Shown here in pieces: positions 27,268 to 36,120 of a stretch of DNA of 64,000 nt (within the stretch, counting starts at the first letter, position 1; each line of letters starts with the position of its first letter). The translations under genes were made by a program, and so were the position numbers. The notes under the pieces were generated by a model, which searched no databases, was not told the origin of the DNA, and saw only the letters and a list, made by a program, of their open reading frames with translations. This DNA is from an uncultured Ignavibacteriales bacterium (GTDB lineage Bacteria; Zixibacteria; MSB-5A5; GN15; FEB-12), in NCBI GenBank assembly GCA_964520865.1, contig CAZFOY010000005.1, positions 5,737 to 69,736 on the forward strand, in the 5' to 3' direction.

Positions 27268-27744
27268 ATGAGCGAACCACTGTACATGTCCAAGGAAGGC
27301 CTCCAGAAAATGGAGGCGGAGCTCAACCGGCTCAAATTCGAAGAACGGCCCAAAATAGTCGGCGAGATCAAAAGAGCCCGCGAATTGGGTGATCTGTCCG
27401 AAAACGCGGAATACCACGCCGCCAAAGAAGCCCAGAAACACCTTGAGAACAAGATCGTCCAGCTTCAGGACAAACTCTCCCGGGTTCAGATAGTCGATGC
27501 CGATCAGATCCCCGGCCACAAAGTCTATCTGTTCGCCAAAGTGCTGGTCAAAGACCACCGCAACGGCGAGGAGATCCTTTATACGATTGCCCCCCCCGAC
27601 GAGGTGGATGTCGACAACGATGTTATTTCTGTCAAGTCGCCAATCGGCGCCGGATTATTGGGTAAAGAAGTAGGGGACGTGGTCGAGATAAGAGTACCGG
27701 CAGGTCTGCTCAAGTACGAGATTCTGAATATCACACGCGACTGA
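27268..27744 (+). CDS. greA: Transcription elongation factor GreA
   Basis: MSKEGLQKMEAELNRLKFEERPKIVGEIKRARELGDLSENAEYHAAKEAQ..., full-length GreA. Confidence 0.95.
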   Translation: MSEPLYMSKEGLQKMEAELNRLKFEERPKIVGEIKRARELGDLSENAEYHAAKEAQKHLENKIVQLQDKLSRVQIVDADQIPGHKVYLFAKVLVKDHRNGEEILYTIAPPDEVDVDNDVISVKSPIGAGLLGKEVGDVVEIRVPAGLLKYEILNITRD

Positions 27745-27776
27745 GTTCAATACAACAGGGTCCGTCGATTCACAGG

Positions 27777-28022
27777 CTATTCTTCGTATTCGCCGAATAG
27801 ATCCTCCGACATATCATTTTCTTCGTAATATCCGTCCTCTTCCGCCTCGTTGTATCCGGCGGCGAGGTTGGCACACTCCAGAGAGCAGAAATACTCATCG
27901 CCCTGCATGACAGGGTCGCTCTCGATCTTCTCGTTGCATTGCGCACAATACATCGGTGCCTTACTCCCTTGTTTAATGGCGCGCCCGGCGGCGCTGTTGG
28001 ATATTTTGCGTCTACGTTCCAC
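27777..28022 (-). CDS. Small Cys4 (CxxC...CxxxC) zinc-ribbon-like protein with acidic tail
   Basis: YCAQCNEKIESDPVMQGDEYFCSLEC followed by the D/E/Y-rich tail EAEEDGYYEENDMSEDLFGEYEE. The real start may be the ATG at 27953 (AAGGGAG upstream). TTGACA-17-TAAGAT promoter-like element at about 28050-28078 on the minus strand. Confidence 0.55.
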   Translation of the reverse strand: MERRRKISNSAAGRAIKQGSKAPMYCAQCNEKIESDPVMQGDEYFCSLECANLAAGYNEAEEDGYYEENDMSEDLFGEYEE

Positions 28023-28137
28023 AGTTATCGGTTAAGCGCTCGTAATCTTAAACGCTCAAAATCTATGTGTCAATACATTTTTGGGTCGATTTTAGTTCCA
28101 GTGTACAGAGGGAAATAGCGCCCTGGCAAGGGATAAT

Positions 28138-29538
28138 TCAGACGTCTGAGCCGGTCCGGAGCGACGCCTGCTCCGTACGGGCGAAGAGGAAGAACAGGGC
28201 GAGTGAGAGAGCGAGGCCCGGGAAGATCGGTTGGATTCCGAACCAGTAGCCACCCCCCGAAGTCAGGTGCTTGCTCAAATACCAGATCAGGGCAATTCCT
28301 CCGCTCCCGGCGATAGAGATGAGCGCGGCGGTCGAAGGAAGACGGCGCTTCCCCACGAACGAGAAGAAGACCGGCACCAGAAGGGCTGGCGTGCCGATCG
28401 TCCCGAACAGGTACCAGATCTGGACGATCGAGCGAAATTTGAGAACGAGCAAAACGGCCACCACCGTAGTAACCACCAGACCGATCCGGGTATAGCGGGT
28501 CACCTTGTCTTCGGAGATCGGAAAAAGGCGCATGACGATATCCCGGCTGAAGGTCGAAGCGGCGATGAAGGCGTACGAGTCAATGGTAGACATGACGGTC
28601 GCCAGAAGAGCCAGGGCGAACAGCCCCAGCAAGCCGGGTGGCAGCACTTTCAAGGCAAGCGCCGGATACGACCCGACTGGGTTGGCCAGATCGGGAAGGA
28701 TCGCCCGGGCATATAAACCGCAGAAAGTTGTCATAAAATCGAAAAAGGCCCAGAAGGCAATCGAAATGAGAATACCGTTGCGGGCAACCTTAATATCTTT
28801 CGCCGCATAGCACCGTTGATAGAAAGCCGGCTCTATTAATGTGGCGAGGGCGATGAAATACCAGGAGATGATATACCATTTTGAATTGCCGCCGTTCCAG
28901 GTGAAGAGATCAGACGGAACATGGTCGATCAGATACGAGATACCGCCGTATTTCGATACGAGCAAGATCAGTAAGGCGGCGAACCCGAGGAACATCAGCA
29001 CGAACTGAAAGAGATCGGTCCTCACTACCGACTTGAATCCTCCGGTGTAGACGTAGACGACCGAAAATAGTGTCCCGGCCAGAATCCCCTGCCAGAATTG
29101 CCAGCCGAAGAGATACTGCGTCAAGGTTCCAATGCCGAGGATATAGGCGGCGGGGACGGTCATGAAATAAATGATGACCGACCCGGCGAGGGCGGTCTTG
29201 TTGTCGTAAGCACGGGCGAGTTGATCGGGGATAGTGAGAAGCTGCGAGTCGCGCGCTTTCTTCGCGAGGTACAGTGCGAACAAGAAGGCAGCCAGATAGT
29301 ACGGCAGTCCGAACACCAGCCAGTTGGACAAACCGAACCGGTAGCTGTACTCACCGACGCCGAGGATCCCACCGTACCAGGTGGAAACGAGCGATGCCAC
29401 GAATCCGGGCATGGTGAGCGCCCGGCCGCCGAGGATCAGCTCGGCGGCCGATTCATCACGGCGCGTGCTCTTGATCAGTCCCAGGACAAGCAGGACGACC
29501 AGATAGACAATGATCAGGCTGTAGTCAATCCAGTGCAT
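28138..29538 (-). CDS. Sodium:solute symporter family (SSF) transporter, co-transcribed with the riboswitch-controlled receptor
   Basis: About 13 predicted TM helices with SSF-like blocks (GGRALTMPGFVASLVSTWYGGILGVGE...). The start is 6 nt after the receptor stop. Confidence 0.8.
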   Translation of the reverse strand: MHWIDYSLIIVYLVVLLVLGLIKSTRRDESAAELILGGRALTMPGFVASLVSTWYGGILGVGEYSYRFGLSNWLVFGLPYYLAAFLFALYLAKKARDSQLLTIPDQLARAYDNKTALAGSVIIYFMTVPAAYILGIGTLTQYLFGWQFWQGILAGTLFSVVYVYTGGFKSVVRTDLFQFVLMFLGFAALLILLVSKYGGISYLIDHVPSDLFTWNGGNSKWYIISWYFIALATLIEPAFYQRCYAAKDIKVARNGILISIAFWAFFDFMTTFCGLYARAILPDLANPVGSYPALALKVLPPGLLGLFALALLATVMSTIDSYAFIAASTFSRDIVMRLFPISEDKVTRYTRIGLVVTTVVAVLLVLKFRSIVQIWYLFGTIGTPALLVPVFFSFVGKRRLPSTAALISIAGSGGIALIWYLSKHLTSGGGYWFGIQPIFPGLALSLALFFLFARTEQASLRTGSDV

Positions 29539-29544
29539 GGAAGG

Positions 29545-32091
29545 CTAAAACAGCTCCAGCTTGAGTTGGCCGTAGAACGATCGGGTTGACGCAATGTAAT
29601 ACTCCGCCCATCCGTCGACAACCGTTCTGCCATTGTCGTCGTAGGCGAAATCACCGCCGTAGCCCGAAGTCTCGAACTTCTTGTCGAACAGATTGTCGAT
29701 CTTCCCTTCGAACACCAAATTCCCCGCACCGAGCAGATTGCCGATCGTATACGACGCTGATATGGCCGAGACGGTGAATGGATCTACCGCGAGACTCTCT
29801 ACATTCCAGAGTTCGGCGTACTGCTTGCCGGCGTACCTCAGGCGATAGGTAACGCGCGCCCGGCCCGTCTTGTAGTCGAGAAGCACATTTCCGAGATAAT
29901 CGGGAAAGAACGGAATCGTTTTGTCTTTGTAGTCGACACTGAATCCATCGACATCGGCTACAAAATCCCTCACCCGATTGTAGCTGTAAGCGAAGTTAGT
30001 GCTCACCGTGAACTTCGGATTGAACTGATACGCTCCATTCAGCTCAACTCCCGCGTGCACCGAGCGCTTCGCATTGATCGTTATAGCAATACCGGTGTTC
30101 GGATTGATTCCGCCGTACGGCAGGATTTCGTTCTTGAACTCCATCCAGTAGAAATTGACGCCCAACGAATATCTTCCCGGTCGGTAGTTGCTCCCCAACT
30201 CCAGATCGTAAACGCGCTCCGATTTCGCTGTCGGATCTCCAAATTGGTATGTTGTTACTCCGTTTGAAACGGTAGAGTCGAGAATGGTCAGCGAAGGGAC
30301 CACGCTCGGATCGCCGGCGTCATAAATGGCGGCATCGCTTGGCGTGCGGGATGCTATCGAGAAGTTGGTATAGAGATTGAGGGCGTCATTGCAGGCATAG
30401 TTGAATCCGATTCGTGGCGAGAAGAACGCCCAGTTGACATTATATTTGTATCCGGGGAACGGAAGCATCCGCTCCTGGTCGAAATCGTATTTTAGGAATC
30501 TGAACTGTGCCGTCACCTGCGTGCTCAGCTTGTCGTTGAACTTGTAGTACTCCTGACCGTAGATGGAGCCGACATACTTCTTCCCGTTGTACTGATAATA
30601 TCTGTGGCGCGGATCGAGCGACCCGGTGACATGCTCGGCGTACACCACCTGTCCCCAGTGATCTGAATTGAAATAGTAGAAAGAACCTCCGATAGAGTGT
30701 TTCCCTCGGCTCCAGATCATGTCCAGTCGGGGATTCCAGCCGGTCTGATTCTTGTTCACCCACTGCTGACGAACGACATTGCCGGAATCGTACGGCATCG
30801 AAGTCGCGGGGTTGATATCGATGTACGTGCTGTCGATACCGTAGTCTGATAACGCGCTATTCGCCTTCAGCTGCTCGTAGTAGCCGTCGCCATGGATATG
30901 GTAGAGGGTATTGTAGAGTGTGATGCGATCGGTTAAGCGATATGTATTTTGCAACTGATAGTGGGGCTGATTGAAATTGTCCGTCTCGTTGTCGTAGGTC
31001 AGCGGATTGTAGCGATAGTCTTTCGCAATCTCATCGCGCGGCGCACCGTAATACGCCAGGTGCATACGCATCGGGCCGCCGTAGACGTACAGCTCGGTCG
31101 TCATCCTCGGATCGAGGCGGGCGAGCGAGAAATAGTACGACCAACCGTCATACCAGCTGTCGTGGCGAAATCCCCCCGTGCGTTGTTTGGAGAACCGTCC
31201 GCCGAATTGCCAGGTCCCGTTGATGAGACCGGACGAGTACTCGACCGACTGCTTGTACATATCGCTAATTCGATTGCCGTTGAATGTATAGTCGCCGTAG
31301 CCGGAGACAATCGAAGCTTCGCGCTGGTTGCTCAGTGCGCTGGTAACAATGTTGACCGTCCCGCCGAACGAAGCATCGCCGTAGAGCGAATTCCCCACCC
31401 CGCGCTGGATCTGAATATCTGAGACGTTGGCGGCGAAATCGGGCAGATCGACAAAATAGGTGGCCTGGTCTTCCGGATCGTTCAGCGGCACGCCGTTGAT
31501 GTACGTCACGATCCGCTTGTCATCAAATCCGCGGATCTTCATGTAGCTGTAGCCGAGCGAAGATCCGGCGTCGGAATAGGCATACAGGTTCGGCGTCGAT
31601 TCGAGAAGAAGCGGGAATTCATCGACCGTGTAGTCACGCTTGATATCATCCTGAGAGAAATTGTCGAATGCGATCGGGGTGATCCCTTCTTCGGCCCGGT
31701 CTGAGCGCACGAGAATGTCCTGACCGCGGTAGTATCGTGGCTGAAGAACGACGAGACTCGGTACTTTGGTCAGCTCGAATTGTTTCGAGAGGAAGCCGAC
31801 CGAAGAAAACGTAAGGCGCGAGACACCTTCGGGCAAAGACAGCGAATACTTGCCGTTTGCATCGGTGATCGTACCGACGCCGGAGAGATTGGTGACGACC
31901 GAGGCTCCGACAATCGGATCTCCATTTTGATCGGCGACAGTGCCGGTGGCTGTTTCAGTTGCGCGTGCGGCCCCGACAAGAAGGAGCAAAGCGACAATTG
32001 GGAGGCAGAATTGGACAATGAATCTCATTCGAATCGCTCGAACGAGTGCGGAATCGAGCGGTCTGCTCGACTGTGAGAGTTTGTGGGTCAT
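29545..32091 (-). CDS. TonB-dependent outer-membrane receptor with N-terminal carboxypeptidase-regulatory-like domain
   Basis: GTVADQNGDPIVGASVV...GKYSLSLPEG (CarbopepD_reg-like). Plug: IRGFDDKRIVTYINGVPLNDPE...IQRGVGNSLYGDASFGGTVNI. Barrel ending ...YGQLKLELF. GAGG 9 nt before the ATG at 32091. Confidence 0.92.
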   Translation of the reverse strand: MTHKLSQSSRPLDSALVRAIRMRFIVQFCLPIVALLLLVGAARATETATGTVADQNGDPIVGASVVTNLSGVGTITDANGKYSLSLPEGVSRLTFSSVGFLSKQFELTKVPSLVVLQPRYYRGQDILVRSDRAEEGITPIAFDNFSQDDIKRDYTVDEFPLLLESTPNLYAYSDAGSSLGYSYMKIRGFDDKRIVTYINGVPLNDPEDQATYFVDLPDFAANVSDIQIQRGVGNSLYGDASFGGTVNIVTSALSNQREASIVSGYGDYTFNGNRISDMYKQSVEYSSGLINGTWQFGGRFSKQRTGGFRHDSWYDGWSYYFSLARLDPRMTTELYVYGGPMRMHLAYYGAPRDEIAKDYRYNPLTYDNETDNFNQPHYQLQNTYRLTDRITLYNTLYHIHGDGYYEQLKANSALSDYGIDSTYIDINPATSMPYDSGNVVRQQWVNKNQTGWNPRLDMIWSRGKHSIGGSFYYFNSDHWGQVVYAEHVTGSLDPRHRYYQYNGKKYVGSIYGQEYYKFNDKLSTQVTAQFRFLKYDFDQERMLPFPGYKYNVNWAFFSPRIGFNYACNDALNLYTNFSIASRTPSDAAIYDAGDPSVVPSLTILDSTVSNGVTTYQFGDPTAKSERVYDLELGSNYRPGRYSLGVNFYWMEFKNEILPYGGINPNTGIAITINAKRSVHAGVELNGAYQFNPKFTVSTNFAYSYNRVRDFVADVDGFSVDYKDKTIPFFPDYLGNVLLDYKTGRARVTYRLRYAGKQYAELWNVESLAVDPFTVSAISASYTIGNLLGAGNLVFEGKIDNLFDKKFETSGYGGDFAYDDNGRTVVDGWAEYYIASTRSFYGQLKLELF

Positions 32092-32189
32092 GACAGTAAC
32101 CTCGCTTAGAACGCTTCAGGGTTAAGCAAGATTCCGTCCTGAATCGATAGGTCGGCCAGATACTGGCTCAGGGGATGCGGTTGACATCT

Positions 32190-32270
32190 CCGTTTCCCTA
32201 CGCCGGTATTATCCGGATCAGGTCGAGGGGGTATGATCTCAGGCGGTCGTTATTACGCCACCCCCAACGG
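32190..32270 (-). promoter_or_regulatory. TPP (THI-box) riboswitch aptamer
   Basis: Minus-strand RNA: CCGUUGGGGGUGGCGUAAUAACGACCGCCUGAGAUCAUACCCCCUCGACCUGAUCCGGAUAAUACCGGCGUAGGGAAACGG. It contains the conserved GGGGUG, CUGAGA, ACCC, ACCUGAUC-GGAUAAU-CC-GCGUAGGGAA blocks and a closing P1 (CCGUU/AACGG), about 98 nt upstream of the receptor ATG. Confidence 0.9.
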
Positions 32271-32441
32271 AATTTGTGTTTCTGGGAATAATTACGGCCC
32301 GGCCCGACGGAAAGGCAAGGGGAAAATGCAGGATCCCGATCACTCAGCAGATCGTTTTGGCATGCCCCGAGCCGGCCTATGATTCGGTGAGACGATACGT
32401 ATAGTAGATAGTATCCGAGAATAGACACCAGGAGGTCGGAT

Positions 32442-32870
32442 TTGGAAAGAGATAAGCTGATTGAATTCACTGTCTTCCTATTACGCGTGGTTGTGGGACT
32501 GCTGTTCTTCCAGCACGGGAGTATGAAGTTCCTCGGCTGGTTCGGCGGCATGCCGGGCGGTGAGCCGGGCGCCACGGCACCCTTATTCACGCAGGTTGGG
32601 CTGGCCGGCGTGCTCGAGTTCTTCGGCGGAATTGCGATTATGTTTGGATTGTTCACCCGCACTGTGTCATTCATCCTGTGCGGTGAAATGGCTGTTGCTT
32701 ACTGGCAATTCCATTTCCCACAGGGAACCTGGCCGATCGTCAATCATGGTGAGCCGGCCGTCCTCTTTTGTTTCATTTTCTTGTTCCTGGCGGCCTATGG
32801 AGGGGGCAATTGGAGTGTCGATGCACTGATCCGTCGAAAGGGGACCAAAACGGTTCCTGATCCCGCTTAG
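32442..32870 (+). CDS. DoxX-family membrane protein
   Basis: LRVVVGLLFFQHGSMKFLGWFGG...GVLEFFGGIAIMFGLFTR. TTG start with AGGAGG 6 nt upstream. Confidence 0.85.
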   Translation: MERDKLIEFTVFLLRVVVGLLFFQHGSMKFLGWFGGMPGGEPGATAPLFTQVGLAGVLEFFGGIAIMFGLFTRTVSFILCGEMAVAYWQFHFPQGTWPIVNHGEPAVLFCFIFLFLAAYGGGNWSVDALIRRKGTKTVPDPA

Positions 32871-33014
32871 GATCGTTCATCGCGCTCACACACGACGTTT
32901 CGACCCTCGATTGTCCGCTGCTACGGTTCTTTCTTGTTAAAGTCCGCGCGATCGAGTACTTTTGTATCACGCTCCGTTACGCAGGGAGCCGCCAACCAAC
33001 CGGAGGAATCTGCC

Positions 33015-33953
33015 ATGTCTCAGAATCAAAAGCTGCACGTCGTCCTCGGCACCGGTCAGCTCGGCCGCGCGGTCATCGATGAACTTGTCGCCCGAGGTGA
33101 ATCGGTTCGAGCTGTCAGCAGATCGAAAAGAGTACCCCTGCCGAAAGGAGTTGAGTTCGTTTCCGCCAATCTCACCGACAAGGCGGCGACGGTACGTGCC
33201 TGTGCCAATGCGTCGGTTGTATATCACTGCGCCTCTCCTCCGTACAGCGCCTGGGGAACACTCGTGATGCCGATGATGGAGACTATTATCGAAGCAGTGG
33301 CGGAGACGGGTGGCAGAATTGTCTACGGCGATAACGTGTACATGTACGGGGAGGTCGAAGGACCGATCACTGAAAACCTTCCCAACAACGCAACCGGCAT
33401 CAAGGGAAGAGTCCGGGCCAAGGCCGCGTTCAGTCTGATGGAAGCTCACAAATCCGGAAAAGTGAAGAGCACGATCGGACGCGCCTCCGATTTCTTCGGT
33501 CCGGGCGTTTTCATGTCGCTTATGGGAGAGCAGGTGATCGGACGCGCGATCAGAGGAAAAATTGTCAGTCTCCTGGGAGATCCTGACGCACCGCACTCAT
33601 ACACCTATATTACGGACTTCGCGAAAGCGCTGGTTTTGCTGGGGGAAAGGGACGAAGCGCTCGGGCATGTCTGGCATGTGCCGAACGACCGCGCGATCAC
33701 GACATTCAATTTCGTCGAGGCTATTTTCGAGGCTGCAGGCAGAAAACCGAAGGTTCGGATCGTCCCACGCTGGCTGACAAATCTGATGGCGCTCTTCAGT
33801 CCCATACTTCGCGAACTGAAAGAAACCGACTATCAGCGCGCGAGGCCGTTCATAGTCGACAGCAGCAATTTCATATCCACATTCAAACTTGAACCGACAC
33901 CGACTGCGGAAGCGATCAGGCAGACGGTCGCATGGTACAAAGAAAACGCGTAG
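33015..33953 (+). CDS. NAD(P)-binding epimerase/dehydratase-type (atypical SDR/NmrA-like) oxidoreductase
   Basis: ATG at 33015 with GGAGGA 7 nt upstream. Rossmann motif VVLGTGQLGRAVIDELVARG. Confidence 0.8.
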   Translation: MSQNQKLHVVLGTGQLGRAVIDELVARGESVRAVSRSKRVPLPKGVEFVSANLTDKAATVRACANASVVYHCASPPYSAWGTLVMPMMETIIEAVAETGGRIVYGDNVYMYGEVEGPITENLPNNATGIKGRVRAKAAFSLMEAHKSGKVKSTIGRASDFFGPGVFMSLMGEQVIGRAIRGKIVSLLGDPDAPHSYTYITDFAKALVLLGERDEALGHVWHVPNDRAITTFNFVEAIFEAAGRKPKVRIVPRWLTNLMALFSPILRELKETDYQRARPFIVDSSNFISTFKLEPTPTAEAIRQTVAWYKENA

Positions 33954-33966
33954 TCGAGTCAGCCGT

Positions 33967-34977
33967 TTACAGCGGCGCTTCCGGGTCCTTGATTTCCTTC
34001 AAATACTCCGCAGATTCCTCAGGCGGTGTCGTGTTGATAAAAATCCCCGAACCGATTTCAAATCCCGCTGAAATCGTCACTTTCGGTATGATGATGAAAT
34101 ACCAATGCAGATATCGCGTGTCTTCGTCACCGATGGGTGAAGACCGGATGATATAGTTGTAGTCCGGGTTGTGCAAACCGATATACAGCTTGCCCATCAC
34201 CGTGCGGAGGACTCTCGCGAGATCTTCGATCTCTTCGTCAGTTATCGAGACGTAGCTTGCCATATGACGGCGTGGATAGATCCTTGTTTCGAACGGAGAT
34301 CTGGCGGCAAACGGACAGAAAGCGACAAAATGATCGGATTCGATCACGATCCTGCTCTTCTGCTTGAGCTCTTCCGCCAGCATGTCACAAAACACACAGG
34401 TACCGTACTTGTCGTAATGAAGTACCGCCTGGTCGATGGGATACCGGATGTGGGGTGGTACGATAGGCGTCGCGATTATCTGTGAGTGTGGATGCTCCAG
34501 CGACGTCCCGGCGCGTTCACCATGGTTACGAAAGATCATGACCAGATTGATTTTGTCGTTCCTGCTGATATCGATCTGGCGCTGACGATAGGCGCGAAGA
34601 ACCCGGACGACTTCCGGAACTGACATCGTGCCGATCGTCTGATTGTGCAGAGGATGCTCGATCACGACCTCCGCGATGCCGAACCCATTCGCCTTGAGGA
34701 AACCGCCCACATGCTGCCGTTCCGGACCGGTGTCCGAACGGAGCGCGGCGTACTTGTTCGGGACAACCCGCACCTGCCAATCACCATCGGAAGGATAGGT
34801 GAGAACCGGTGTGACGATATGCTCATCGTTGCCTTTACAGAAAGGGCAATCTGACTTGTAGGGCGGCATTCCACCAGGTTTCGGTCTGTTCTTGCGAAAA
34901 TCAGATGGCCGCCCACCGCGCCCGGGAGCCATAATCACCCATTCTTTGGAAGCCTGATTTTGACGGAATTCCGGCAT
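33967..34977 (-). CDS. GalT-family (HIT superfamily) hexose-1-phosphate nucleotidyltransferase
   Basis: Zinc motif DCPFCKGNDEH and active-site SLEHPHSQIIATP (H-x-H-x-Q). Confidence 0.85.
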   Translation of the reverse strand: MPEFRQNQASKEWVIMAPGRGGRPSDFRKNRPKPGGMPPYKSDCPFCKGNDEHIVTPVLTYPSDGDWQVRVVPNKYAALRSDTGPERQHVGGFLKANGFGIAEVVIEHPLHNQTIGTMSVPEVVRVLRAYRQRQIDISRNDKINLVMIFRNHGERAGTSLEHPHSQIIATPIVPPHIRYPIDQAVLHYDKYGTCVFCDMLAEELKQKSRIVIESDHFVAFCPFAARSPFETRIYPRRHMASYVSITDEEIEDLARVLRTVMGKLYIGLHNPDYNYIIRSSPIGDEDTRYLHWYFIIIPKVTISAGFEIGSGIFINTTPPEESAEYLKEIKDPEAPL

Positions 34978-35147
34978 GTTATTACCTCCATGGCCTTGTC
35001 AGGCAAAATCTTAACATATAGCTGCGAGAAAAGCGCGTTTTGCCTGCGCGTCAATTAATATACTGTAACACCGATCGTCCCGCCAGGTTTGGGACTCTTT
35101 TCTCGATTTTCTCCGAAAACTCCGCTTGCACAATGAAACTTCACTGA

Positions 35148-35177
35148 GTTTATTATCGTATATTTACGATAATAAAC
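35148..35177. promoter_or_regulatory. Perfect 13-4-13 AT-rich palindrome (candidate operator) immediately upstream of arsM
   Basis: gtttattatcgta tatt tacgataataaac, ending 23 nt before the arsM ATG and overlapping possible -10 hexamers. Confidence 0.5.
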
Positions 35178-35199
35178 CTATGGCAAAGCGAGGAGACCA

Positions 35200-36036
35200 A
35201 TGTCAGAAAGAAGATCTAATGAAGAAATTCGGCAGGCGGTAAGGAAGCAGTACGGCGAGGCAATCACATCGTCATCCGGATGTTGCGGATCGGGCAATCT
35301 CAAGTCGACTGAGAACGCGACTTCTGAAATGACCAGGCTGGCCGGATACGATCAAAGTGAACTCAGCGGTGTCGCGGGCGAAGTTACTTCATTCGGCTGC
35401 GGCAATCCGATCGCATTTATGGAATTACAGCAAGGCGAGGCCGTTCTCGATCTCGGTTCCGGCGCCGGGCTCGATCTGATTCTTGCTTCAAAGAAAGTCG
35501 GTCCGAACGGAAAGGTGATTGGGCTGGACATGACACCTGAAATGATCGAAACAAGCCGCCGTAACCTGGCCGCAGCCGGGGTAACGAATGCTGAAGTTCG
35601 CCAGGGAGAAATGGAACAGATGCCGGTAAAGGACGAAGAAGTCGACTGGATCATGTCAAATTGCGTGATAAACCTTTCTCCGGAAAAGGAAAAGGTCTTC
35701 GCCGAGGCATTCCGGGTTCTCAAGCCGGGTGGACGGATCCTTGTTTCGGATATAGTGGCCGGCGATTTGCCGGAGGCGATTCGTAACGATCTGCTTTCGT
35801 GGGTAGGGTGTATTGCCGGCGCGATCGGTGAAGAAGAATATATACAGATGGTCAAGGATGCCGGTTTCGAAGATGTCAGGATTGTTGATCGACTCGATTA
35901 CACTTCTGAATCTCTAAAGACTCTCGCCGGTGATGCGACTGGTTGCGGCTGCGGATCCTCCCTGCCGGAAAAGCTGATCGCGCAGAACGCCGGGCGGATC
36001 GCATCGGTCAGACTGCACGCTCGCAAACCGAGATAG
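35200..36036 (+). CDS. arsM: Arsenite S-adenosylmethionine methyltransferase (ArsM-like)
   Basis: SSGCCGSG, TSFGCGNP, SAM motif VLDLGSGAGLD, WVGCIAGA, and a C-terminal GCGCG Cys cluster. This is the characteristic ArsM cysteine layout. Confidence 0.85.
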   Translation: MSERRSNEEIRQAVRKQYGEAITSSSGCCGSGNLKSTENATSEMTRLAGYDQSELSGVAGEVTSFGCGNPIAFMELQQGEAVLDLGSGAGLDLILASKKVGPNGKVIGLDMTPEMIETSRRNLAAAGVTNAEVRQGEMEQMPVKDEEVDWIMSNCVINLSPEKEKVFAEAFRVLKPGGRILVSDIVAGDLPEAIRNDLLSWVGCIAGAIGEEEYIQMVKDAGFEDVRIVDRLDYTSESLKTLAGDATGCGCGSSLPEKLIAQNAGRIASVRLHARKPR

Positions 36037-36120
36037 TACAACACCACACTCGCCCGATGCAATTGAAAGAGGGTGACAATCGTCACCCTCTTGGTGCATT
36101 ACTCGAGCCGGTAAGATCGA

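Noticed and set aside
32198-32674. 158-aa minus-strand ORF spanning the riboswitch and the DoxX gene.
   Set aside because: It overlaps a high-confidence TPP aptamer and is antisense to DoxX. It has no coding features.
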